In this document: in pieces, positions 1 to 17,600 of the stretch
How positions within the stretch are numbered: position 1 is the first letter of the stretch
How the letters are laid out: the number at the start of each line of letters is the position of its first letter
DNA from: Blastocystis sp. Blastoise
Taxonomy: Eukaryota > Protista > Bigyra: Opalinata
Assembly: GCA_039096225.1 (NCBI GenBank)
Contig: JBBPEB010000015.1
Coordinates: 1,984,001 to 2,048,000 of the forward strand
Length of the DNA stretch: 64,000 nt
Reading direction: 5' to 3'
Translations under genes and position numbers: made by a program
Notes under the pieces: generated by a model
The model's database searches: none
Told to the model about the DNA's origin: nothing
The model's input: the letters and a program-made list of their open reading frames with translations, nothing else

Positions 1-102
1 ATATATATATATATAGTATTATTATTATTATTATTTATATAGTATTCTTTTGTTTTAATTATATTAGTTTATTTTTATATTTCTATTTTTCTATATATAT
101 AG

Positions 103-4345
<4,243 letters not shown>

Positions 4346-4904
4346 ATCTCATAAAAATTAATAATTCAATGTATGTCATTTATTTTTTATTTTGTTTTTG
4401 GTTCTATTTCATGTATTATAATCTATAAATATTCATATATTATTTGTTTCTAATAGTGTTTTCTTTTTTTATATATAAATGATGTGTCTTTCTTATTTTT
4501 ATGAACATTTTTTTGAATTAGCAAATATATATCTTTTTATTGATATTATTCTAGCTTATTCAGTGACTTTTTTAATACAACCACAAAGTCGATCATCATT
4601 TTATTTCTTTTTTATTGCATTATTTTATACTTTATTTTACCAAATGAATTGTTTTGTTTTGTTTATAACAGTGACTGTATTATAAACTTTGTTCTTATTC
4701 TCACATGTTTTAATATTTTTATAAAAAAATTATATACTATGTTCGACATGTTAATAGAAAATTTTTAAAAAAGCAAAACAATTCTTTAATCTACTTAGAA
4801 TGATAGAGACAACTGTAAGGATAAAAGAAAACATGAAAGCAAAACTAATACAAACAAGACAAAAATAAAAATAAACAGCAATATTTCTCAAAGAATCAAA
4901 ATAT

Positions 4905-5969
4905 TTAGAAAATAGTACAACAGGTCTTGACTTCTTTGGGTTCTTCAACTTGAGGTTCTTCAGTCTTAACTTCTTCTACTTTAGGTTCTTCAGTCTTAGG
5001 TTCTTCAATCTTAGGTTCTTCTACTTTTACTTCTTCTACTTTAACTTCTTCAACCTTAACTTCTTCAACCTTAGGTTCTTCTACTTTAGGTTCTTCAATC
5101 TTAACTTCTTCTACTTTAGGTTCTTCTACTTTAGGTTCTTCTTCTACTTTAACTTCTTCTACTTTAGGTTCTTCTTCTACTTTAGGTTCTTCTACTTTAG
5201 GTTCTTCTTCTACTTTAACTTCTTCTACTTTAGGTTCTTCTTCTACTTTAGGTTCTTCTACTTTAGGTTCTTCTACTACTTTAACTTCTTCTACTTTAAC
5301 TTCTTCTACTTTAGGTTCTTCTACTTTAGGTTCTTCTACTTTAGGTTCTTCTTCAACTTTAACTTCTTCAACTTTAGGTTCTTCTACTTTAGGTTCTTCT
5401 TCAACTTTAACTTCTTCAACTTTAGGTTCTTCTACTTTAGGTTCTTCTACTTTAACTTCTTCTTCTACTTTAGGTTCTTCTACTTTAGGTTCTTCTACTT
5501 TAACTTCTTCTTCTACTTTAGGTTCTTCTACTTTAGGTTCTTCTACTTTAGGTTCTTCTACTTTAGGTTCTTCTACTTTAGGTTCTTCTACTTTAACTTC
5601 TTCTTCTACTTTAACTTCTTCTTCTACTTTAGGTTCTTCTTCCTTTACTTCTTCTTCTACTTTAACTTCTTCTTCTACTTTAACTTCTTCTTCTACTTTA
5701 ACTTCTTCTTTAGGAGCTTCGGTCTCAGCAGGGCTTTCAGAAGGAGTATCTTCAGTAGGAGTAATACAAGTATTGTCTAATTCACCAGAAGCTTTCATTA
5801 ATTTAAGCATAGGAGTAAGGCGTTTTTCACTAAGTTCCCAATCATTATTCTTTTCTTTAAGAATAGCTCTAAGTTTTTTAGCAGCCATTTTAGAAACAGC
5901 ACCAGATTGTTCAGCATTAACAGCAAAGATAGCTTGTTTGACTTCTTCATCGGTAGGTTTATAAGGCAT
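4905..5969 (-). CDS. Intronless 354-aa protein: small N-terminal helical domain, long VEEPK/VEEVK repeat region, C-terminal CC-aaX (KTCCTIF)
   Basis: Clean ORF with ATG and stop; 15/18-nt coding repeats at about 4940-5710; C-terminal prenylation/palmitoylation-type motif. Confidence 0.85.
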   Translation of the reverse strand: MPYKPTDEEVKQAIFAVNAEQSGAVSKMAAKKLRAILKEKNNDWELSEKRLTPMLKLMKASGELDNTCITPTEDTPSESPAETEAPKEEVKVEEEVKVEEEVKVEEEVKEEEPKVEEEVKVEEEVKVEEPKVEEPKVEEPKVEEPKVEEPKVEEEVKVEEPKVEEPKVEEEVKVEEPKVEEPKVEEVKVEEEPKVEEPKVEEVKVEEEPKVEEPKVEEPKVEEVKVEEVKVVEEPKVEEPKVEEEPKVEEVKVEEEPKVEEPKVEEEPKVEEVKVEEEPKVEEPKVEEVKIEEPKVEEPKVEEVKVEEVKVEEVKVEEPKIEEPKTEEPKVEEVKTEEPQVEEPKEVKTCCTIF

Positions 5970-6170
5970 ATTGACTAATTAAGCAAAAATAAGTAATTAA
6001 AAAAAGGATTATAGATATAATCGCAAAATAAATAACATGATCATCAAGACATTTAGATTACATGACATCTAGCATAATAATCGATAACCGCGAATATATC
6101 TCAAATTAACTGCGGAAAAAGGATTAATTCAATATTATGAAACTTTCAAAACAAATTGTGAAAGTGCTTT

Positions 6171-6186
6171 ATGATTGGCTATTTAT
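6171..6186 (-). promoter_or_regulatory. CCAAT (NF-Y-type) box upstream of the EEPKV gene
   Basis: TGATTGGCT (AGCCAATCA on the - strand) about 200 bp upstream of ATG 5969. Confidence 0.4.
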
Positions 6187-6233
6187 TTGACATGGTTGGA
6201 CCTCCTCATGTTGTTAAAAAATTTGTTTGATGT

Positions 6234-6246
6234 CACTATCAGCGAT
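6234..6246 (+). repeat. Left terminal inverted repeat CACTATCAGCGAT (preceded by TSD TGT)
   Basis: Exact reverse complement of 19839-19851. Confidence 0.93.
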
Positions 6247-7709
6247 ATTTTAATTATTAAATGTATCTGATTGGTTGATTTTGGTTCAAAACTTGTTCCA
6301 CCAATGGAATGAGATTTACTTCAGCGACTTAGGCAAAAATCGTGAATTTTGACAAAATTTTGACACTTTTTTTCAGTTTAGTTTTTCTTAGGTATAAAAA
6401 ACCATATTAGACATATTTTATTAAAAAATTGACATTATTTTCTCGTCTTAGAATGTCACATAATATCAAAAACGTTTTTAGTTTGTTTTAAGTCGAAATT
6501 TGGTTAATTCATCGGGTCCATATTATAAAGTTTTTTATAGTTGTGTTTGGAGTAAAAGATTTTTAAGAGTCATATATACGAATAAAAATTAATAAAATGG
6601 CCGCTATGGCTCAAAACCAAATTTCAGCCAAAAATTCAAATTTTGTTATTTTTTTTTCAGTGAAAAAAAATAACCGAGCCTATTTGTTTGATGGACAGTC
6701 AGACCAGAGTCTTAAATTTTTGAAATACTTACGGGAATGTTTTTCCCATTCAAAACTTGGTCTATTTCTATTTTTGAATTAAAACATGTCTAAATATAAT
6801 TGAAAATTGTTTTAAGACTCATTTCATATCAGATATGAGTATATGAGCCACAAGACACCCTTAATGATGCGTCAATAGAATATTTTGCATCAGATTCAAA
6901 TATTTGTTTGTGTGTTGATTTCACAATTGTATCATAGCATAATCACCCTAAATTATATGCTATAAACATTATAGTTGCCCAAATTATTTCATATCGATTT
7001 TGAGTAAATCAATATAATTTGTTAGTTTTTATTTAAAAGTAAGAAGACACAACTAATTTTTATTCTATATGACGAACAGCTTGTAACATTTGAATTAGGT
7101 CAATGAATGATTAAAAAACGAAGAAAAATTTTTTTGTAAAAAACAGCGAGTTTTCTTCGTTTTTTTTAAACGAAGAATTTTTATTATAATTATTGTTAAC
7201 AAAATGTCATAATTTATTTTAAATTGATAAATGTGTTTGATTATTATAGATATAATTGCTACACGTATTACTTTATAATCTTATAGATTTTTTTATATGT
7301 TGTTGTTAATCTGTTGTCTTTTTAGTTTTTCCTTTCGATGTTTACAGTTGTTAATGAAGTTATGCCTTTCAATAATGGTTTTGGATATTTATTAGAGTAT
7401 TTAAGAAGTTATGCTGCCACAATTCTTTTGTGAATTAACTACATCGGTTAAGTTTTATGATTGTTACTATTGTCTACGGCTTGTCTAATCATATTAAACA
7501 AGAACAGAATATGTTTTTGTGCAAAAATTAAATTCATGTTTTGTTCTGATTTAGAATTACATACTTTTCTGTATTTATTCATTTATTTAACTTTACTAAA
7601 AATCATTGTATAGTAATTATTATATATATATATTATATAATAGATGTCTATCATTATTATACTTATTATTATACTTATTATTATTGTCATCATTATCTTC
7701 TTTATCTAG

Positions 7710-7997
7710 TTATTACTCCTGCTATCCTCCTACTACAGTCACTTGTTTACATTGTTTATTAATGATGACTTCTATGAGACGTTATCTCTTTGTTAAACCT
7801 GAATCTCGTTTAGAATTCTTAAAATTATTAATTGAAGAGGTTTTTGAACAATTAACTCGTAGTCATGCATTTGATGATAAAGATACTTATCATATGTTCT
7901 GTCAATTATTATGAAAACTTAAAGTATATAGATATATTTATTATTATTATTATTAATGTATTATATGAATTCTATATACGAATATATTATACTATAA

Positions 7998-8042
<45 letters not shown>

Positions 8043-9388
8043 CTATTTCTTTAGGCTAATTTCCAGTTATCAGAACTTTTCAGAACTCCACGATATAGTG
8101 AATTTATTCGTCTTTTAACAAATTTTACTATTGATTCCTTTAAGAATTGGCAATGGTGTAGTAATTCTTTTAGTTATTTACTTACTTTATGGAGTTGACT
8201 GATTTGTGCTGAACGTTATGTTCAGATCGGTTCAGATATTGATAATACAAGTTGTTTTAATGAATCTGTTCATCAATTAATACAAGCATATATTAATGGT
8301 AAAATGGAAAGTGTAGATGATTATGTTGATGATGATATGAATAACCCTCTTAGTGATACAGAAAGCTTAGCCATAGAAATGCAACAATTACCTCAAATAG
8401 TCAGATATTTTTTTAAGTGAATACTACATATATATGTAACTGCTTTGATCCTCTTAATGAAGAATATAATGTATATAGTATTATTATAATAATCTCTTTT
8501 TTTGTTTATATTTGCATTTAAATATACGTTTATATTTATATTCATTATTATATTTATTACTTCTATTCTCGTGTATTTCTAGACCCTTCTTTATCAATTT
8601 TCTAAAGTATGAGTAAATACTACAGATTATCAAGAATTGGCGAATAAAACAATTATTGAGCAATATATATATTCTTAAACAATTATTTATAGGCTGTCTT
8701 TCGTGGTTTTGTAATACTGTTGTTACTGTTTTTATTAATCAAGTATTCAGCAAACACAGGTTCAAAATAACTATCATTAATAGGTACAGAAGTTATTCAA
8801 CTTAAACATAATGCTAGTTATTGACTTAACGTAAATATATATAAACTATATTATAATATGTTATTATATATTATTATATATATTATTATATATTATTACA
8901 TTTGTTTTTGCTTTCGTTTTTACAGTATATATATATATGTATAAATATATATATATAGAATTGATTTAGTAGGATTAATTCCAACATGGAATTATCATTA
9001 AATTTTCTTTGAACAATTCAGAAATATAGATATATATATGAGAATAAGAAGCGTCTTCCTGATGATACCTTTCTTGATATGAATTCCTCTCGAAAAGAGC
9101 AATTATATATATTTATTGGCTATGTATTAATAGATAGAAATTAAATATATATATAAATAATTTATCAATATTGCATTGATGATTTATCTTATTTTTTGTC
9201 TAGATGTAAGAAGAGTAATATATTAAATCACTTAATCGATGTAATTTTGAATAACCTTCGTTATTGGGAAGATAATACAGTGATTATTAAAAATTGCTTA
9301 GATATATTCCTTAATCTCTGTAATGATCATGCCTGCTCTCAATTACTATTAGATATATCAACTACTCAATATCCACTTGAAACATATA

Positions 9389-9424
<36 letters not shown>

Positions 9425-9480
9425 TTATTATTACAAGCGTTACACAGAAATATTTATTTACATTCTATAGATTCTGCTTT
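7710..9480 (+). pseudogene. XPO7: Exportin-7 (RanBP16/17 family) internal fragment, pseudogenised, inside the transposon
   Basis: Spliced translation CLLMMTSMRRYLF...YHMFCQLL*KLK|ANFQLSEL...FTIDSFKNWQWCSNSFSYLLTLWS*L...NPLSD...ILNNLRYW matches XPO7 motifs ([43 protein letters not shown]). In-frame TGA at 7912 and 8196, frameshift near 8410; no N- or C-terminus. Confidence 0.88.
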
Positions 9481-9696
9481 TCATAATTTTATTTCTCACT
9501 TCTAGATTTTATGATATTATAATAAGAATAAAAAGAATCATGTAAAGAAAATAATAAGAATATAAGTATGAGTGCCTTATAGGTACTAATTATAATAATA
9601 ATATATTATCTTATAATAATGATAAGAATTATATTAATGTTATAACTAAGAAGAATAATATGAATGATGAAATTAACTTTTTTGGCGATAATAATA

Positions 9697-12335
9697 GTAT
9701 TATTACTTCCTTATAATACTATTACTTATACTATTATTATTACTACTACTTCCTTATAATATTATTACTTACCTATAAAATTATTACTACTACTTCCTTA
9801 TAATATTATTACTTCCTTATAATATTATTACTTACCTATAATATTATTACTTACCTATAATATTATTACTATTTACCTATAATATTATTACTTACCTATA
9901 ATATTATTACTATTTACCTATAATAATATTACTTACCTATAATATTATTACTTACCTGTAATATTATTACTTACCTGTAATATTATTACTTACCTATAAT
10001 AATATTAATACTACTTCCTTATAATATTATTACTTTCCTATAATACTATTATTACTTACCTATAATAATATTACTTACCTATAATATTATTACAACTTCT
10101 TTATAATAATATTGTAATTGCTTCCTTATTACTACTACTTCCTTATAATATTATTACTTTCCTATAATAATATTACTACTTACTTATAATAATATTATTA
10201 CTACTTACTTATGATAATACTAATTCCTTATAATATTATTACTTCCTTATATTATTACTACTTACTTATGATAATATTAATTCCTCATAATATTATTACT
10301 TCCTCATATTATTATTACTTCTTTATAATATTATTACTTCCTTATAATGTTACTACTTACTTATAATATTATTACTTTCCTATAATAATATTACTTACTT
10401 ATAATAATATAACTTATAATGTTAGTACTTATAGTATTATTACTTCCTTATAATATTATTACTTACTTATAATACTATTACTTCCTTATAATATTATTAC
10501 TTACTTATAATATTATTACTTACTTATAATAATATAACTTATAATGTTAGTACTTATAATACTATTACTTCCTCATAATACTATTACTTCCTCATAATAT
10601 TATTACTTACTTATAATAATATAACTTATAATGTTAGTACTTATAATACTATTACTTCCTTATAATACTATTACTTCCTCATAATACTATTACTTCTTTA
10701 TAATATTATTACTACTTACTTATAATATTATTACTTACTTATAATATTATTACTTCCTTATAATATTATTACTTCTTTATAATATTATAACTTATAATGT
10801 TAGTACTTATAATATTATTACTACTTACTTATAATATTATTACTTCCTTATAATATTATTACTTCCTTATAATACTATTACTTCCTTATAATACTATTAC
10901 TTCTTTATAATACTATTACTTCCTCATAATATTATTATTTCCTTATAATATTATTACTTCTTTATAATATTATTACTACTTACTTATAATATTATTACTT
11001 CATTATAATATTATTACTTCCTCATAATACTATTACTTCCTTATAATACTATTACTTCCTCATAATACTATTACTTCCTCATAATACTATTACTTTCTTA
11101 TAATACTATTACTTTCTTATAATACTATTACTTCCTCATAATACTATTACTTCCTCATAATACTATTACTTCCTTATAATATTATAACTTATAATGTCAG
11201 TACTTATAATATTATTACTACTTACTTATAATATTATTACTTCCTCATAATACTATTATTTCCTTATAATACTATTACTTCCTTATAATATTATTACTTC
11301 TTTATAATATTAATACTTCTTTATAATGTTACTACTTCTTTATAATGTTACTACTTCTTTATAATGTTACTACTTCTTTATAATGTTACTACTTACTTAT
11401 AATATTATTACTTACCTATAATAATATAACTTATAATGTTAGTACTTATGATAATATTATTACTTCCTCATAATATTATTACTTCCTTATAATACTATTA
11501 CTTCCTTATAATACTATTACTTCTTTATAATAAGATTACTTCTTTATAATAATATTACTTCTTTATGATATTATTACTTCATTATAATACTATTACTTCC
11601 TTATAATACTATGACTTCTTTACAATACTATTACTTCCTCATAATATTATTACTTCCTTATAATAATATTATTACTACTTACTTATATTATTATTACTTC
11701 CTTATAATACTATTACTTCCTTATAATATTATTACATCTATATAATACTATTACTTCATTATAATATTATTACTTACTTATAATAATATTATTACTACTT
11801 ACTTATAATAATATTAATTCCTTATAATATTATTACTTCCTTATAATATTATTACTTCATTATAATATGACTTCCTTATAATACTATGACTTCATTATAA
11901 TAATATAACTTATAATGTTACCATTTACTTATAATAATATTATTACTACTTACTTATAATATTACTTCATTACAATATTATTACTTCATTTTAATAATAT
12001 AACTTATAATGTTACTACTTACTTATAATAATAATATTACTACTTCATTATAATATTACTTACTTATAATTTAACTACTTACTTATAATATTATTACTTC
12101 CTTATAATGTAACTACTTCCTTATAATAATATTACTTCTGTACAATACTATTACTTCTTTACAATACTTTTATTTCTTTATGATACTATTACTTCTTTAT
12201 AATACTATTACTTCTTTATAATACTATTACTTCTTTATAATACTATTACTTCTTTATGATACTATTACTTCTTTATGATAATATTACTTCTTTATGATAC
12301 TATTATTACTACATCCTTAAATATTATTACTTCCA
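9697..12335. repeat. ~2.6-kb minisatellite, base unit ~19 bp (TTATAATATTATTACTTCC and variants)
   Basis: Directly visible tandem array of roughly 130 degenerate units; no ORF of 60 aa or more in any frame. Confidence 0.95.
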
Positions 12336-14635
12336 TATATTACTGCTGTATATTACAGTTATTAATAACAAAAACAAAAGTCATATCAAGTGTATTAACA
12401 ATAAGAATAATAATAAAGCATGAAGAAGAATGAATGCTATATTAAGAATCAGTAATTTGGATGCAAATACTAAGATACTAAGATTATAAATAATAGTACA
12501 TATACTAATACTAATAAAGAATCAATAATATTAATAGTCTTCTCTATATAACAATCAGAAGATCATGAAGTATAATAGTATTACTAGTATAAGCCTTTTT
12601 ATTCTAACAACTGATTATATTTTCATCGTAATACAAATATTTCTTCAAAATAATCTTCCTCTTGTTAGAACATACCCATACTGTTATGTCTCCTTGTATT
12701 TTTATATAATAAGCTGATGATGACACTACTACTATTACTAAACTCCTACAATTTTCTTCTTGTTTTCGTTATAATACGCATGCTCATAATAATTATAAGA
12801 ATTCTTAAATATAATAGAAATATTTTGTGCTACTACTACCGTTATTATTATGTCTAGTTGTAATGATATTAAAGATATTTTATATGTGTCATGTCTTTTT
12901 ACATTCTTATTCCAATAATACTATATCTAATACTAATGATATTCTGCTACTTAAACTATTATACACCAAATCCTTTTTCTGTCTATTGCTTCTAATATTG
13001 TTAATACTTATATATTTGGAATATACTACTATGCAATACCTTTTATATTTTTCCTCTTTCTTCTCCTAATACTACGTATAATAGTAGTTATTAATAAGAA
13101 CAATGATAAGATTATAATTATGTTTTCTATTCTTGTTTTCTAATTTCTCTTACATTTTGAATCAATTAAAATATTATGCTATGTCATTAAATGATTGTAC
13201 CTCCTTTACTAACAGTTTTTAAATTAATTTAAATACCAAAAATGTTATGATATCAATATGTAATTCGGTTTTCGTAATCATATCTTTAAAGAAAGAATAC
13301 CATAAGTAATAATACTTGAAGTACTATTACTTTCTTTATAACCTCTACTGATCTTAGATCATAAATAGTTCTATCACAACTATCAATGAATGTCTATTAT
13401 TACTACTAATAATACTATAGATTAATGAGATTATAATATAGTATTGCTATGCAGATTCTCCTTTTAATTATTTTTTTCTTCTATCTCTTTTCTTACTCTC
13501 ATCATATGACTGTTCATACAAAAATCATATATTACTCATTATGGTTTGCCATTAATATTTCATTTATTAGTAACAAAAGATCTACTAATATGGTTATTGA
13601 AAATGGTTTAGTAAAATATATAGAAAACATATATTACTGTAATAATTACTTTATGAATTAATAACAATAAAATAGGATTATATATTAAACATTTAAAAAA
13701 ATATATGAGAATTTAGAAGATTAAATTAAATAAGTCTATGCTCATTCTATTTTGAATAGAACATGTAATAGTTTTTAAATAAGATGCTTTATTATTATGG
13801 ATAGAAAAATACAATGAAATAAGGATATATTCAGTAAATATGAATGAATTTAGTACAAATCAATATAATATATATATTATTCGATATAATATTAGATACT
13901 TGAAAAGTTCGATGATTATTGCTTCATATATATAGATTATTGGTGAAAAAAGTTGTAAATAGATATGAATTTGAACATTTTTTTATGTATTATTTAAAAC
14001 ATTTATTCACTGTAATTTTAACTATTATGAAGTTGAATTAAGTTAGAAAAACCTACTATGATCTGCTTTTATGTTATGAAATTCATTAATAACAAGAACA
14101 ACCAAAAAGTGATTATAAGAGATAATATGTATGAAATTATACATTAAAAATATAAATTATAAAAAAGTCAAAGTTTAAATACGATTATACATATAATTTT
14201 ATAAGTATTTACATGGAAATGTACCCATTCACATGCATGTAGTCTTTTGGTATAAATGTTGTATAAGTATAAACATCTTCTGAAGTTACTGTCAACGTAG
14301 ACCTTTGGATAGTCTTTTCTTTGGTTTGTTTTTCCTATATAAAGAAGAATAAAGTATAGAAACAATAAAAGATATTATTTGACAAAATTTTTTATAGTTA
14401 ATAATATATAAATAATTAGTATTAAGAATATATATATGCATATAAAGATGAAGGTAATCATTCTGATAATTAAATATATATAAAAGTAAAATGAATTCAT
14501 TATAATAATTATTATATTAGTAATTAAAAGATTTATCTACACAATGAAATATAAAAAATGATACTAAATAACTATTACTAATATACATACGATGTATTTA
14601 TTATGATACTAATATGAATATATTATTATTTATTA

Positions 14636-17600
14636 TTAATTAATATAAGTATATACTTCACAAAGAATGTCATCAGGGGTTTTATTTGTATGTATATCCA
14701 TTACTAAAACGTTTGAAGCAAGAAATATGTTAATATTTTGGAATCCTTGAAACCCTTGACTGTCCATAAAGTGATAATATAATCCTGTTGCAGATGATAA
14801 TGCTGGACCATAATCGTAATTCATTACAAATATGGAATCATTCACCTTTATATATTTTAAGGCCTTTACAAGATGTGGCTGATGATTATTTTCTTTTTCA
14901 TAATATATCAAGTATGAATTATCTATTCTATGTACACCATCATCAACTTGGCTGGTTGTATATATAAGTTTGTTATTAACAAGGATTCTATCATAGAAAC
15001 TAACAGATAGTTTATTATAATTATCCTTCAACTGATGAAAATTATTTTCTATAAATAAGTTTAAATTATAATTTCTATTTTCTCCTGTCCAACCAATAAT
15101 ACCATCTATTAGATAATTAATAAGTGTTTGAGATCCTTCTTCAAGAATTATTTTGAGAAACTGGAAAAGTACTTTATCTGGCATCTCTATCGGTTCAGAA
15201 TAATGAGAACAACTAGCAGAATATATATATGTTTTATTGTTTCCAACAGGATTATAGTAAATAGTATTCTTATCATGTTGCATATCTTCACATGGTTGAG
15301 ATATATTACTTATTTCGTTTCTGTTATTGGATCTTCCTTGATGATCATTAGATACTAAAATTGTTTCTTTGGTTATTGATGACATGCAGCAGGAAATATT
15401 AAATTCATTGCGAGAATGAGATGAGTGCTTAATTTTAGAATAATATGATTCTGATTTCCAAGTTGATGTTACTGATAAGCTTCCTGTATTTCTTAAACAT
15501 GAGACCAAGTGCTGGATAGAATGTATTTGAGATGTAATTAATTGCTTTGGCAGTATAAGCTCACAGAGAAATGTGAATGTAAAACATTTCTTTTCAAGCA
15601 TTTCCAAGTCTTCGATATCATTCGCTTTATATATATGGCAATCATGAATAATAGAAGCTAATAATTCGAAAAGAGGTATTATAGGACTGTCTTTTGAATT
15701 AAAATCATATAATATTAATGGTAATATTTTAGAAACGAAAAATATTTTCGTGTGTGTATTTATTTTGTTGAACATTGTTTCATCTAGTATATAACGAAAC
15801 TGGTATTCACAATCCCCATATATACTATTAACTGCTGAGATACGTGTTTCCAAAATGCTTTTATTTGTTGGGTTTAGTTCAAATGGTTTCCTCTGGTTTT
15901 CTTTAGTATTATCATTTTCTTTTTCATTTGAGGATGTCTTTTTATTCGATTGATCTTCCTTCATATTACTTACATTACTATCTTCCTTCATATTACTATC
16001 TTCCTTCATATTACTTTCATTACTATCTTCCTTCATATTACATTTATTACTATCTTTCTTCTTCTTACCTTTATTACTATTTTTCCTCTTCTTACCTTTA
16101 TTACTTTCTTTCTTCTTCTTACTTTTATTACTTTCTTCCTTCTTCTTACTTTTATTTTTATTTTCCTTCTTGAATCCAAATAATAAACTTAATAAAGTAT
16201 TACAAACATTTCCAAAAAGATGCATAGTATCTAATGGAAATGATGTTGAAGGATTAAAGTAGCTAAGTTGTTCAGAAGTACTTCTTACCTTTTTTATTCC
16301 TTTATTGTAGGATGGATTATCATTATTACTACTTCTTATTTCAGTAATTACTTCTTTAGAATATGGATTGTATCTAATATTAGTAAATGAATCTTCATAT
16401 AACTTACAACTCTTCGAAAAGGATTTGTACATGATATATGGTTTACTATTTATATAAGTATTCGTTTTATTAATCCATTTAAGAAGAAACTGATAACATG
16501 GAATATATATATGGACTCCAGTATTCGACTTTTGAACTGATATAGATACATGAGAATAGGAACACTTCATACCTTCATGTAATAGTTCAGCATGCTTATC
16601 GCTTTGCATATCGCAAAATCTACAAGGATATGTAGATGATGGACCTAAAAATTTACCTACATGAGATAATGCTGCAGAATCTCCAAATGTATTAATTAAT
16701 ATGCCAACTACTTTCCTATTCTGTAATCTCCCATCAAGATAAATATCCATGTTTATTCCAGCTTGGAGTAACTTGAATTCAGCCATCAGTATATCAAGGC
16801 ATAAGTCAATAGAAGGCTCATCTACGCAAGTATACATATAGAACTCTCTTTTATCGTACTTTCTAAATTTCTTATAATTTAATAATTGGATCAAAATTGG
16901 GTTTGAAGAACTATTCTGCTTAGTAACAGCCTTATCAAACATCGATATACCGTCTGTAGTAACGTTGAATGATAAAATGATATCACCATTATTGGCACAA
17001 TCTCTAAGATATGATTTATAATTCATTCCTAGCATGTAATTTGGTATATTTTGAATCATTGAATCTAGGTTACTATTATTAAGACTACTATATATTTGTT
17101 CTATCTCATCTTTTCGATAAAATTCAATATCTTGTATATAATATGGAGATGAAAGTATGGCTTGAAGTCGGGGAATTAGTGGAATAATAACTTGTTTGTT
17201 ACCTATATAAGAATTATATAATGTTTTGTGATATATATATATATATATATAACTACTTCTAGAAATATATACATATATTTCCGTTGCATATAGGATTACT
17301 ACATGTTATATCTTTAAATAATGGATATGCTTGTATTGTATTATATGTATGTATTACATGACACTTATTACATGAAAATATATTTATATGAAGAGGCTTA
17401 TATATAGAATTTCTAACATATTTTCTTACAATATTTTGTGAGCATTTGGGTATTGTTAATATAGGAAGATCAATGTCAAATTCGCTTATTAAATTATTTA
17501 TTAATTCATACAAATTTGCTACTTTTTGAAAGCTAATACCTAGTTTTCTCCAACACTCAAAAATTAGGTCATTCATGGCATCCTCTTTTGTACTCACTTT

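Noticed and set aside
4950-5780. 276-aa F/Y/R-rich ORF on the + strand
   Set aside because: Antisense shadow of the VEEPK repeat.
6597-6782. 61-aa ORF near the left end of the element
   Set aside because: Short, no motifs or splice context; likely non-coding subterminal DNA.
7710-8470. TGA reassignment (alternative genetic code) suggested by in-frame TGA codons in XPO7
   Set aside because: The two TGA codons align to different amino acids, a frameshift is also present, and TGA is a normal stop in the METTL23-like gene; pseudogene decay explains it.
9697-12335. CRISPR-like array or repeat-protein gene
   Set aside because: No unique spacers, no cas genes, the unit is not a multiple of 3 and all frames are full of stops.
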